A stretch of DNA of 64,000 nt, from positions 1-64,000 of the forward strand of contig JBHGAY010000014.1 in NCBI GenBank assembly GCA_041946735.1. The letters run 5' to 3'. Each line of letters starts with the position of its first letter. The stretch's first letter is position 1. Shown one piece after another: positions 42,835 through 51,630 of this stretch. The notes below the pieces were generated by a model. It was given only the letters and a program-made list of their open reading frames with translations. It was not told the origin of the DNA and did no database searches. This DNA comes from Candidatus Eiseniibacteriota bacterium (GTDB lineage: Bacteria; Eisenbacteria; RBG-16-71-46; CAIMUX01; VGJL01). The position numbers were made by a program, and so were the translations under genes.

Positions 42835-44667
42835 ATGCGCATAGCTAACGTGTTCCTGATCCTGTTCGTGTTCGGGTTCTGCCTTGGCAGCCCCGCTTGG
42901 GCGAAGGACACCGAGAAGATGGAGGAGCCGGAGTGGCACTACGATCTCTCCGGGATGGTTCGTAGCGTAGTGCCCGAGGTCGAGCCGAACGACGAATGCG
43001 GCGCCGGATCCCAGGCGATCACGTGCGGAGACGAGGTCAATCCTGCTCAGATCCTCCCCGCCGGAGAATTCGACTGGTTCGCCTTCCAGGCGAACGCGGG
43101 AGACGGCATCACCATCGGACTGGATGCCTCGGATCTCTGCGATCCGGACGTCAACGATACCTACATCTATCTGTACCGGGACGATTGCACCACGATCCTG
43201 GCCCAGGACGACGACTCGGGGCCGGGCTACTACTCGCAGATCACGAATTTCTCCGCGCCCTACACGGGCACCTACTACGTCAAGGTCAGGGGATACAGCG
43301 CCAGCTATGAGGGCTGCTACAAGATGTTCACCACCTGCGCTCCGCTTCCGACCGGCGCCTGCTGCCTGGCCGGCGGCGTCTGCGAGGTGATGACGCAAGG
43401 CGCCTGCACCACGGCCGGCGGGACTTACCAGGGCAACGACACGGTCTGCGAGCCGAACCCCTGCCCGCAGCCGCCTCCGAATGACCTCTGCTCCGGCGCC
43501 ATCGAGCTGCCCCGTTGCCAGAACGGTCTGATCTCGGCGACGACGATCGCAGCGGCCAACGACTACAACCCGGGCGATCCGGGGCCGAGCTGCACCGGCT
43601 ACAACGAGAACGCGAAGGACGTCACCTACTACATGAACCTCCTTGCGGGGGACACGGTGCACCTGGTCTACACGACACCCGCCTACGACGGCGCGATCTA
43701 CATCGTCACGGACTGCGAAAACGAGAGCGCGACATGCGTGGTGGGCGAGGACGATCCCGAGCCGGAGACGATCGACTGGACCGCGACGGCCGACGGGACG
43801 TACTTCGTCATCGCGGACGGCTTCTCGACGAACGGCGGCGGGGACTTCACGCTCGAGTGGTCGATCACCTGCCCGCCCCCCGCGCAGGCCTGCTGCTTCG
43901 TGGACGGCAGCTGCCAGATGCTGACCGCCGAGGTTTGCCTCGAGATGAGCGGGACTCCGCAGGGCGAAGGCTCTGTCTGCGAGCCGAACCCCTGTGAGAT
44001 TCCGCCGACCGCCTGCTGCTTCCCCGACGGCACCTGCCAGATGCTGCCGAGGGAGGAGTGCCTGAACCAGGGCGGCCAGCCTCTCAACGACGTCTGCGAT
44101 CCCAACCCCTGCGACCAGCCTCCGATGGCGTGCTGCTTCCCGGATGGCTCATGCCAGTTCACCCTCGAGGCGTATTGCATCGAGGCCGGTGGCGCGCCTC
44201 AGGGCTACGGCACCAACTGCGAGCCGAACCTCTGCGAGCAGCCCCCGGTCGCCTGCTGCTTCCCGGACGGCACCTGCGAGTTCGTGACCGCCGACATCTG
44301 CGTCCAGATGGGTGGAGCGCCCGGAGCGTACGGCACCGACTGCGAGCCCAACGACTGCCCGCAGCCGCCGGTCGCCTGCTGCTTCGCGGACGGCTCCTGC
44401 GAGTTCGTCCTTGCGGACGTCTGCACCCAGATGGGCGGGACGCCCGGACCGTACGGCACCGACTGCGAGCCCAACGACTGCCCGCAGCCGCCGGCGGAAG
44501 GGGCGTGCTGCTTCACGGGTCAGCTGTGCGAGGTCATGAGCTCCGAGGACTGCATTGCCGAGGGCGGCACCTACCAGGGTGACGACGTCTCGTGCGACCC
44601 GAATCCGTGCCCGCCGACGGCGACGAAGGACGCCACCTGGGGCCGGATCAAGGCCAACTACCGCTAG
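42835..44667 (+). CDS. Secreted protein: two PPC-like domains, 7 Cys-rich repeats, C-terminal TWGRIKANYR
   Basis: Signal peptide, EVEPND and DDDSGPGYYS. Paralogous to its neighbours. Confidence 0.9.
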   Translation: MRIANVFLILFVFGFCLGSPAWAKDTEKMEEPEWHYDLSGMVRSVVPEVEPNDECGAGSQAITCGDEVNPAQILPAGEFDWFAFQANAGDGITIGLDASDLCDPDVNDTYIYLYRDDCTTILAQDDDSGPGYYSQITNFSAPYTGTYYVKVRGYSASYEGCYKMFTTCAPLPTGACCLAGGVCEVMTQGACTTAGGTYQGNDTVCEPNPCPQPPPNDLCSGAIELPRCQNGLISATTIAAANDYNPGDPGPSCTGYNENAKDVTYYMNLLAGDTVHLVYTTPAYDGAIYIVTDCENESATCVVGEDDPEPETIDWTATADGTYFVIADGFSTNGGGDFTLEWSITCPPPAQACCFVDGSCQMLTAEVCLEMSGTPQGEGSVCEPNPCEIPPTACCFPDGTCQMLPREECLNQGGQPLNDVCDPNPCDQPPMACCFPDGSCQFTLEAYCIEAGGAPQGYGTNCEPNLCEQPPVACCFPDGTCEFVTADICVQMGGAPGAYGTDCEPNDCPQPPVACCFADGSCEFVLADVCTQMGGTPGPYGTDCEPNDCPQPPAEGACCFTGQLCEVMSSEDCIAEGGTYQGDDVSCDPNPCPPTATKDATWGRIKANYR

Positions 44668-44690
44668 GAGAAAGGTCCCCCTTTCTCGCG

Positions 44691-44728
44691 GGGAGCGGGA
44701 TCGGCTCGTCCGATCCCGCTCCCTTTTT
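44691..44728 (+). terminator. Rho-independent terminator
   Basis: GGGAGCGGGATCGG-CTCGT-CCGATCCCGCTCCC-TTTTT. Confidence 0.9.
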
Positions 44729-44947
44729 CCCATGATGCGTAGGGCGCTCACGCCAGGTTCGATCACTGACCACGCTTGTCCATTGCAGCGAGAGATGACG
44801 CACCGAACAGCGATGTCGGAGAGTGAGGGCGGAGACCCATCGGCGGCGGGGACGGGGGACGAGGAGCGTCTACCTAAGATCCTGCCCACGAACGGCTTGC
44901 CGCCGGAAGATTCTTTCGCGTCTGAAGTGGTCAAAGACTGATCGTTC

Positions 44948-44976
44948 TTTACAGAAGGGCCGATTCAGAGTAAAAT
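44948..44976 (+). promoter_or_regulatory. Near-consensus sigma70 promoter (TTTACA-N17-TAAAAT)
   Basis: Lies in an AT-rich patch 90 nt upstream of the ATG at 45066. Confidence 0.7.
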
Positions 44977-45065
44977 ACGATTTGCCTGTGAACCATGTCC
45001 CTGCTTGGGATCTGGTCGCGCAGGAGACTTCTGCTAGCAGAAACAGCACTTGCACGGAGGTTCAC

Positions 45066-46136
45066 ATGCGTCTTGTTCTAGCTTTGGTCCTTACGACGAT
45101 GCTCTGTAGCGGCCTCGCCTTCGCTGCCCCCGGCAACGAGGATCCGAAGCCCTGGTCGTACGACACCTCTTGGGCTCGTTCCGAGTATCCCGAGCAGGAG
45201 CCGAACGACACGTGTCCGGGTCAGGCTACGGCGTGCGGTGACGTCGTCACCCCGGCGTACCTCGACGCCGGCAACGAGGATTGGTACTCGTTCACGGTGA
45301 ACGCGGGTGACGCCATCACGGTCGGGACCCAAGAGGTCAACCCTGGCGACTACGCCGACACCTACATCGAGCTCTACTTCGAGTGCGGTGGCACGATCCT
45401 CGCGGAGGATGACGACAGCGGCCCGAGCACCTACTCGCTCATTCAGGAGTGGATCGCTCCGCAGACCGGCACCTACAACCTGAAGGTTCGCGGGTTCAGC
45501 GCGAGCTCCTACGGCCCCTACGAGGTCTTCTTCCAGTGCGGCCAGGTCGTCCTCCCCGAGGGCGATCAGTGCGACACCGCGACGGAGATCACCTGTGGGA
45601 CGGGGACGCTCAATGGCGACCTGACGACCTACCACAACGACTACAACCCGTACGCGGACGGGTACAGCTGCACCGGGTACAACGCGAACGACAAGGACGT
45701 GGTCTTCATCCTCAACATGAACGAGGGCGACAGCATCGACCTCACCTACACGACGCCGAGCTATGACGGATCGATGTACATCATCACCGATTGCGCCGAC
45801 GCGGCTCACAGTTGCGTGATCGGCGAGGACGATCCGGAGCCCGAGCACATCGCTTGGACGGCCACGGCCACCGGCACCTACTACCTGATCCTCGACGGCT
45901 ACTCGGCTGGCGCTGGCGGACCCTGGACTCTCGACTACATCTTCGATTGCGTCACGCCGCCGACCGAGGGGGCTTGCTGCTTCCCCGACGGTAGCTGCGC
46001 CATGCTGCTCCCCGACGATTGCACCCTCAACGGTGGCGATCCTCAGGGCGAGGGCACGACGTGCGAGAGCGTCGAGTGCGAGATCGTGGCGACCCAGGAC
46101 GCGACCTGGGGCCAGATCAAGGCGACCTATCGCTAG
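45066..46136 (+). CDS. Secreted protein: two PPC-like domains, 1 Cys-rich repeat, C-terminal TWGQIKATYR
   Basis: GGAGG RBS, signal peptide MRLVLALVLTTMLCSGLAFA, EQEPND and EDDDSGPSTYS. Confidence 0.9.
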   Translation: MRLVLALVLTTMLCSGLAFAAPGNEDPKPWSYDTSWARSEYPEQEPNDTCPGQATACGDVVTPAYLDAGNEDWYSFTVNAGDAITVGTQEVNPGDYADTYIELYFECGGTILAEDDDSGPSTYSLIQEWIAPQTGTYNLKVRGFSASSYGPYEVFFQCGQVVLPEGDQCDTATEITCGTGTLNGDLTTYHNDYNPYADGYSCTGYNANDKDVVFILNMNEGDSIDLTYTTPSYDGSMYIITDCADAAHSCVIGEDDPEPEHIAWTATATGTYYLILDGYSAGAGGPWTLDYIFDCVTPPTEGACCFPDGSCAMLLPDDCTLNGGDPQGEGTTCESVECEIVATQDATWGQIKATYR

Positions 46137-46160
46137 CATCGAAGCCGTAAGTCTCTGAGA

Positions 46161-46191
46161 AGAGGCCCCGCCCGCAAGGGCGGGGTCTTTT
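46161..46191 (+). terminator. Rho-independent terminator
   Basis: AGAGGCCCCGCCC-GCAA-GGGCGGGGTCTTTT. Confidence 0.85.
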
Positions 46192-46223
46192 CGTTCGGCC
46201 TGGAACCCGCAGAAACGAGCCGA

Positions 46224-46739
46224 AGGGAGCCATCTTCGGAGGATCGAGCAGGAGAACCCCTAAGGGGAGAGTCTCCACCGGGTGCTTCGCGATGAAGAAC
46301 CCCAAGCGGGAGACTCTCGGTTCGGATGTTCACCCTCGCGAACTGGCCTCGCCAGACTCTCGGGCCGAGGCTTCACGTCGGTGAAGGCCTCGCAGGAGAC
46401 TCTCGAGTCGGATGTTCACACCCGGCAACTCGAGACCCGAGATTCTCGGAACGTGGCTTCACGATCGGGAAGGGGCCGGCCGAGAATCTCCGTGCCCCAG
46501 TTCGCATCGGGAGAGATAGGGTCCGAGACTCTCCGCCTACCCCTTCACCGAGTGCAACTCCCCCACGGGACTTCTCGATTCGCAGGTTCACAGCCTCGAA
46601 CCTCCCGGGTCGAAGTCTCTGATCGGCTCTTCACGCCAGTGAACCGGAGGGGCCAGAACCGGGACTCGGTGCTTCACGCCTGTGAACGGGTCTGCCTGGA
46701 CGCTGGGCTCGGGTCTTCGCCTTGGTGAAGCTGCCCGCT
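46224..46739. repeat. Non-coding array with exact 43-bp period: GAGAnTCTC-N10-TTCRC-N4-(GTG)AA-N10, 11 clear units plus 1 degenerate
   Basis: TTC(A/G)C occurs at 46286, 46329, 46372, 46415, 46458, 46501, 46544, 46587, 46630, 46673 and 46716 (every step +43). The TCTC box is in phase in 9 units. Confidence 0.92.
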
Positions 46740-46804
46740 CGGGCTCCGACGGGCGGTTCAGCGCAATCGAATGCGGCGGAGGCTCGGCGGAGACTCAATT
46801 GAGC

Positions 46805-46840
46805 GACGGCGACCGCCCTCCCTGGAGGACGATCGCCGTC
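46805..46840 (-). terminator. Long hairpin downstream of the aminopeptidase gene
   Basis: GACGGCGACCGCCCTCC-CT-GGAGGACGATCGCCGTC. Its two mismatches become G-U pairs on the minus strand. Confidence 0.55.
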
Positions 46841-46876
46841 GACGATCCGGCCGGTCGACTCAGGAACGGTTCGCCA

Positions 46877-49666
46877 TCACCGGACGACGACCAGCCGTCG
46901 GACGCGCCGCTCGCCATCCGCCTGCAGCCGGCTCCAGTAGACCCCCGCCGGGACGTCGTGACCCAGGCCGTCCTTGCCGTCCCAGCGGATCGCGTGCGAT
47001 CCGGCGGCGAGCGGCTGGTCGAGGAGCTCGCGGACCAGGCGCCCGGAGACGTCGACGATCGTCAGCTCCACCGATCCGGCGCGTGGCAGCGCGAACGAGA
47101 GCTGCATCGCGCCGGACGCGGGGTTCGGCCGCGCGGGCGAGAAGGTCAGGGTGCGCGGGAGCGCCTCCGCCTCTTCCGTCCCCGCCGGATCGATCGGCTC
47201 CTCGAAGAAGGTCTCGAGCACGTGCACCATGTTCTGGCGCAGGGAGGCGTGCTCCCAGCGATACGGCCGTCCGCTCAGGAAGACGAACTGCGCTCCGTCG
47301 GGACGGTACATCCCGCCGCCGGCCGGCTTGCGCCAGACGCCGATCCCGCGATCCGGGTTGATGTACTGCTGCGCCTGGTAGATCACGCGGCTGTCGGGCT
47401 GCGAGAGGGTGAGGTTGAAGAGCGAGCAGTAGTTCTGGGTGCCCAGTCGGACGATGTTGGTCAGTCCGGGATAGCTCGCGATGCAGTCGTAGATCGTGCT
47501 GCCGGATTCCCAGGTGATCCCGAGATACGCGCGCTCCTGCTCCGTCAGGTAGTCCTGGCCCATGCGGGTGAGCAGCAGGACGTTGCCGCCCGCCTCCAGG
47601 TAGGGAACGATCGGCGTCGATCTCCACGAGCCGAGGTCGCCGTTGTAGTTGCTGGCGACCCAGACGACGTTGCGGTAGCGGCCGAGAACGTCGGGCGGAA
47701 TCGCTCCGCTGCCGATCGGATCGGGCAGGGTCGAGGGATAGCCGCCGGCCGGCTCCGGGAAGAGGTCCCAGAAGTCGATCACGTAGTCGCCCGTGAACGC
47801 CCGATCCTGGTAGGCGCTCGCGATCTCGTCGCCGTAGGAAGTCCAGTCGACCGCGTTGACGAGGAGCACGCCGCGATCGAACGGCGGATCGTAGATCGGC
47901 TCCGTGACCGTCTTCAGGATCCAGTCGCCCTCGTCGATCCGAACCGATCGGGGCTCGTCCGTCACATGGAAGAGGTAGTCCTGCGTGGCCAGGCTGTTCT
48001 CCACGACGAAGGTCTGCTCCCCGTTTGCCATATGGATCGTCACGTCGACCGGCATCCGGAAGATCTGCCAGGTCTGGGTCTGGTCGATCGTGAGGGCGAC
48101 GTCCCAGCCGCCGCCGCCCGGCGTGAACGTGTAGGAGAGGGAGTACTCCGGGTAGTACTCCCCGTAGATCCACTCCTGGAAGAACCAGTCGAGATCCCGC
48201 CCGGAGACCTGCTCGCAGACGTCCCGGAATTTCTCGGTCGTGGCGACCGAGTAGCGGTACGTCTGGTAGTAGGCGCGCAGGGAGGCGAAGAAATCCTCCT
48301 CGCCAAGGACGTGCCGCAGCATGTGGAGGACCCAGGAGCCTTTGTTGTAGGAGAGGTTCGAATCGAAGATCCGGCCCCAGTCGTTCAGGTCGGGGACGTA
48401 GATCGATCCAGGCCCGAAGTACTTGTTGCCGTCGATGTCCTGGCGGTATCCGTCGGGACCGTAGGCCACTTCGGAGTACAGGGCTTCGCAATAGGTGGCG
48501 AAGCCCTCGTTGAGCCAGACGTGGTGGAAGTCCTCGCAGGTGATCATGTCGCCCCACCACTGATGCGCCAGCTCGTGCGCGACCACCCACTCGCCGAAGT
48601 AGCCGAGGCTGGTGCAGGTCTGGTGCTCCATCCCGCCGCCCCACGGGAACTCGGCGTGCCCGTACTTCTCTCCCTGGAACGGGTAGGCGCCGAAGATGCC
48701 GGAGTAGATCCCGATCATGTCCTTCACCTTCGCGTTGACGGCGGCGTTCTCCTGCACGTCGTCCGGGTACATGAAGAACTTGATCTCGAGGGAGTCGGAC
48801 GGGCTCGCGTGGTACCAGTCCGAGTAGACGGCGAAGGGGTGGACGGCGAGGGAGACCAGGTACGTGCTGATCGGGAACCCTTCATGCCAGCGCGCCACCG
48901 AGGTGATCCCGTTGTCGCTCTGCTCCCGAAGCTCGCCGTTGGAGGCGGTGATCAGCCCGGTCGGCGCCGTGACGCGCACGTTGACGGAGTCGGCCTTGTC
49001 GTCCGACCAGTCCTTGCTCGGCCACCAGGTCCGTCCGCCGAACGGCTCGCTCAGGGTCCAGATCATCGGCTGGCCGAGATGGGTATCCCAGCCCCAGGCG
49101 TCCCCTTGCGGATTGCCGTTGTAGAGCACCCGCACCTCGACCGTCTCGCCGGTCTGGTAGGCGCGGTCGAGCGTCACCGTCAGGACGTCCCCGATGTGGC
49201 TGAAGGTCGCGGCATGGCCGCCGGCCTGCGATCCCGTCACCGTCATGTTGGCGGCGAGATCGAGATCGAAGGTCGCCAGCGGGCCGGACAGCACCCGGGC
49301 GCGGGTCAGGACGTTGCCGGTCAGGACGTGGGCCACCGGGTCGAGGTTCAGGTCGAGATCGTAGAAGAGCGCGTCGTAGGCGAGCTGGTTGGGAGTCGTG
49401 CGGCCGCGCGCCAGCGAGGCGATACGTTCGCTCCTTTCGGCCATCGCGGCCTTGTGGAAGGCGAGGTACGGAGCCGTGTCGCGAGGGTCCATCATGCGGC
49501 CCACCCACCCGGCGGCCGTCGAGGGAAAGAGCACCGGCCCGCTTTCGTCCGCCCGGGCAGGAGCCGGAAGGAGGACGGACAGCAGGAGCGCCGGCAGGGC
49601 GAGCAGAGCGAGCGGGAAGAGAGCGAGCGGGAAGGACGGCGAGAGGGACCGCGGGGAGCGCCGCAT
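46877..49666 (-). CDS. Secreted M1 family aminopeptidase with C-terminal FlgD-Ig (T9SS-CTD-like) domain
   Basis: Signal peptide, GGMEH, HELAHQWWGD...WLNEGFATY and SYNKG. C-terminal PNP...DVSGRLVR...WDGKD...GVY. Confidence 0.93.
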   Translation of the reverse strand: MRRSPRSLSPSFPLALFPLALLALPALLLSVLLPAPARADESGPVLFPSTAAGWVGRMMDPRDTAPYLAFHKAAMAERSERIASLARGRTTPNQLAYDALFYDLDLNLDPVAHVLTGNVLTRARVLSGPLATFDLDLAANMTVTGSQAGGHAATFSHIGDVLTVTLDRAYQTGETVEVRVLYNGNPQGDAWGWDTHLGQPMIWTLSEPFGGRTWWPSKDWSDDKADSVNVRVTAPTGLITASNGELREQSDNGITSVARWHEGFPISTYLVSLAVHPFAVYSDWYHASPSDSLEIKFFMYPDDVQENAAVNAKVKDMIGIYSGIFGAYPFQGEKYGHAEFPWGGGMEHQTCTSLGYFGEWVVAHELAHQWWGDMITCEDFHHVWLNEGFATYCEALYSEVAYGPDGYRQDIDGNKYFGPGSIYVPDLNDWGRIFDSNLSYNKGSWVLHMLRHVLGEEDFFASLRAYYQTYRYSVATTEKFRDVCEQVSGRDLDWFFQEWIYGEYYPEYSLSYTFTPGGGGWDVALTIDQTQTWQIFRMPVDVTIHMANGEQTFVVENSLATQDYLFHVTDEPRSVRIDEGDWILKTVTEPIYDPPFDRGVLLVNAVDWTSYGDEIASAYQDRAFTGDYVIDFWDLFPEPAGGYPSTLPDPIGSGAIPPDVLGRYRNVVWVASNYNGDLGSWRSTPIVPYLEAGGNVLLLTRMGQDYLTEQERAYLGITWESGSTIYDCIASYPGLTNIVRLGTQNYCSLFNLTLSQPDSRVIYQAQQYINPDRGIGVWRKPAGGGMYRPDGAQFVFLSGRPYRWEHASLRQNMVHVLETFFEEPIDPAGTEEAEALPRTLTFSPARPNPASGAMQLSFALPRAGSVELTIVDVSGRLVRELLDQPLAAGSHAIRWDGKDGLGHDVPAGVYWSRLQADGERRVRRLVVVR

Positions 49667-49946
49667 GGAAGATCCTCCAAGGTGTCGGACATCGCGGCCC
49701 GCCCGCGTCGGGGCGCGCGAGCCACGGCTGCTTGCGAAGGACCGCGGCGCAGGCGGAAGAGCCCGCTGCGACCGCGGCCGGGAGACGATACCGGATGATT
49801 GTACCATGGGGAGGGCGGCCCTCCGTGGGCGCGTGTGTGTGCGTGTCGGGCGGTTGTCGGGTGGAAATCGGGGGGGGCCGAGGTGCGGGCCGCGCAAAGC
49901 CGTCCCGAGGAGACCCCGGGACGGCTCGACGGCACGGCGGATAGAG

Positions 49947-50070
49947 GGAGCAAGAGACGGAGCAAGAGACAGAGCAAGTGACGGAAAGAGAGCAGGCGAA
50001 GAGGCGCGGCCGCTCGCCGCCTCGCCGCCTCGCCGCCTCTCCGCCTCTCCGTCGCGCCGTCTCGCCGTCT
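49947..50070. repeat. Adjacent short tandem repeats (12-bp GGAGCAAGAGAC-like and 8-bp CGCCTCGC-like)
   Basis: Immediately after the stop codon of the minus-strand OMP-like gene. Confidence 0.7.
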
Positions 50071-51630
50071 AGTAGGTGCCCTGCCCCATCCTCCAGTCGA
50101 TACCGATCAGAAGCCGCTGGAGGCTGAACAGGTCAACCCCCTGGTGCTCCATGAATCCGGTGAAGTTGCGGAAGTCCTTTCGGAATCCGTAGGAGAGGTT
50201 CAGCACCGCCTGCGTCTGGTCGCGGTCTTCGGGCTTCTCGGAGAAGCTCAGAATGCCGAGACCTCCCTGCAGATACGGGGTCAGCGCGAAATCGCCGCCC
50301 CAGGTGCCGAGGTCGTAGCGCAGGTTCCCCGCGAGCATGAAGGAGCTGTGGTTGAAGAGCCCGATGGCGAGCTCCGGCAGGAACTGGAACGAGGAGCGCG
50401 GCGTCACGGGACCGAGGTTCACGCGGCCGCCGATCAGGCCCTGGACCGGCTCCTCGAGGTTCAGGCCCGTGTACCCCTCGAGAGAGTGCACGGACCATCC
50501 GGTCGATGGCCCGGACGTAGAGAAGCTTGGCTGCCGCTCCTCGACGCCCGAGGTCGGCCGGTTCCCGGTCTCGCCTGAGGAAGCTTCCGGCGCGGGGACG
50601 GTCGAGGTCGCCGGCGTTCGGTTCTCGGCGCTCGCCGTCTCCGAGATCCGCTCGTCGAGCCTGTCGAGCCGGGAGAGCAGACGGTCCTCGAGCGTGCCGA
50701 TCCGCGAGGAGATCATCTCGTCGACCTCCGCGCGGGTGAGCCCGGGCGAAGAGGGCGGCGGCTGCGGCGGCTGGGACTGCGCCTGCGGTTGCGGCTGTGC
50801 CATCCCCGGCATCGGGTGCTCCATCATCCCGGACATCGCCGTCGAAGCGGAGCTACCCCGGGTGATCGTCGTTCCCCCTTCGGTATCGGACGTCGTGAGC
50901 GTCGAGAGGATGTCGACGGCCCCCGGCTCGCCGAAGCGGATGTAGATCTCTCCCTGATCCGGAACCGGGACCATCATCACCCGGTCGCCCTGCGGTGTCC
51001 GGATGGAGCCCGGCTCCACGGTCGCGGCCGCTTCGCCGTTGGGACGGACGCCGATCGCGGACCGCTCGGTCGATCCGATGTCGGGCTCCACCTCGCGCGT
51101 GCCGCTCGTCGGCTGCTCGCGGCTCTCCGTCGCGGGTCCGACGGCGACGTACTCGGTCCCGCTCTCGGTCCTCTCCATCGTCTCGCGACGGGAGAGCGGA
51201 CGCCCGAGAGCGTCGATGTCCCGCGATTCCGACGTGCCCCCGATCGCGAAGGTGAAGCCGGCCGCGTAGAGGATGTTGTGCTGAATCTGATCGGGGTTCG
51301 ACGTGCGGTCGAGATCGGTCTCGCTGAACATGAAGTCGCGCACCGAGGCGTTGATGCGGAATCGGTCGGCGACGGAGAAGCCAAGCCCGGCGCCGGCAAT
51401 GAGCGACGTCTTGTCGTCGGGCGTGTTGCCCTGCCGGTCCTTGTAGGCATTGCGGAAGTCGATCTGCCCCGCGCCCGCCAGAAGGTACGGCAGCACGCCC
51501 GGACCGCTGTTGAGGTTGAACTGCGCCTCTCCGCCCCATCCCTGGATCGGATCGGTATCGCCGAAGTCGGACTTCATGCCATGCCAGTAGAACGCGCGGA
51601 GGCCGAGCAGGCGTCCGAAGTTCGTCGCTT
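50069..51630 (-). CDS. Outer-membrane protein (partial beta-barrel, linker/coiled coil, C-terminal beta-barrel), apparently 5'-truncated
   Basis: Beta-strand segments (PYLLAGAGQIDF, AGAGLGF, PYLQGGLG, LLIGIDW). No signal peptide or credible start upstream of NFGRLLGLRAFYW. Confidence 0.6.

Noticed and set aside
41265..46136. Diversity-generating retroelement or RiPP precursors among the Cys-rich repeats
   Set aside because: There is no reverse transcriptase, no adenine-specific TR/VR pair and no adjacent modifying enzyme. The proteins are large and Sec-exported.
46282..46728. ORFs over the array (46282-46728, 46326-46622, 46373-46591)
   Set aside because: The 43-bp period shifts frame in each unit, and there is no codon bias or recognisable protein. 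They are likely incidental.
46224..46739. CRISPR array interpretation of the 43-bp array
   Set aside because: There is no identical 23-47-bp repeat, the variable parts are only 10 nt, and there are no cas genes in the window.
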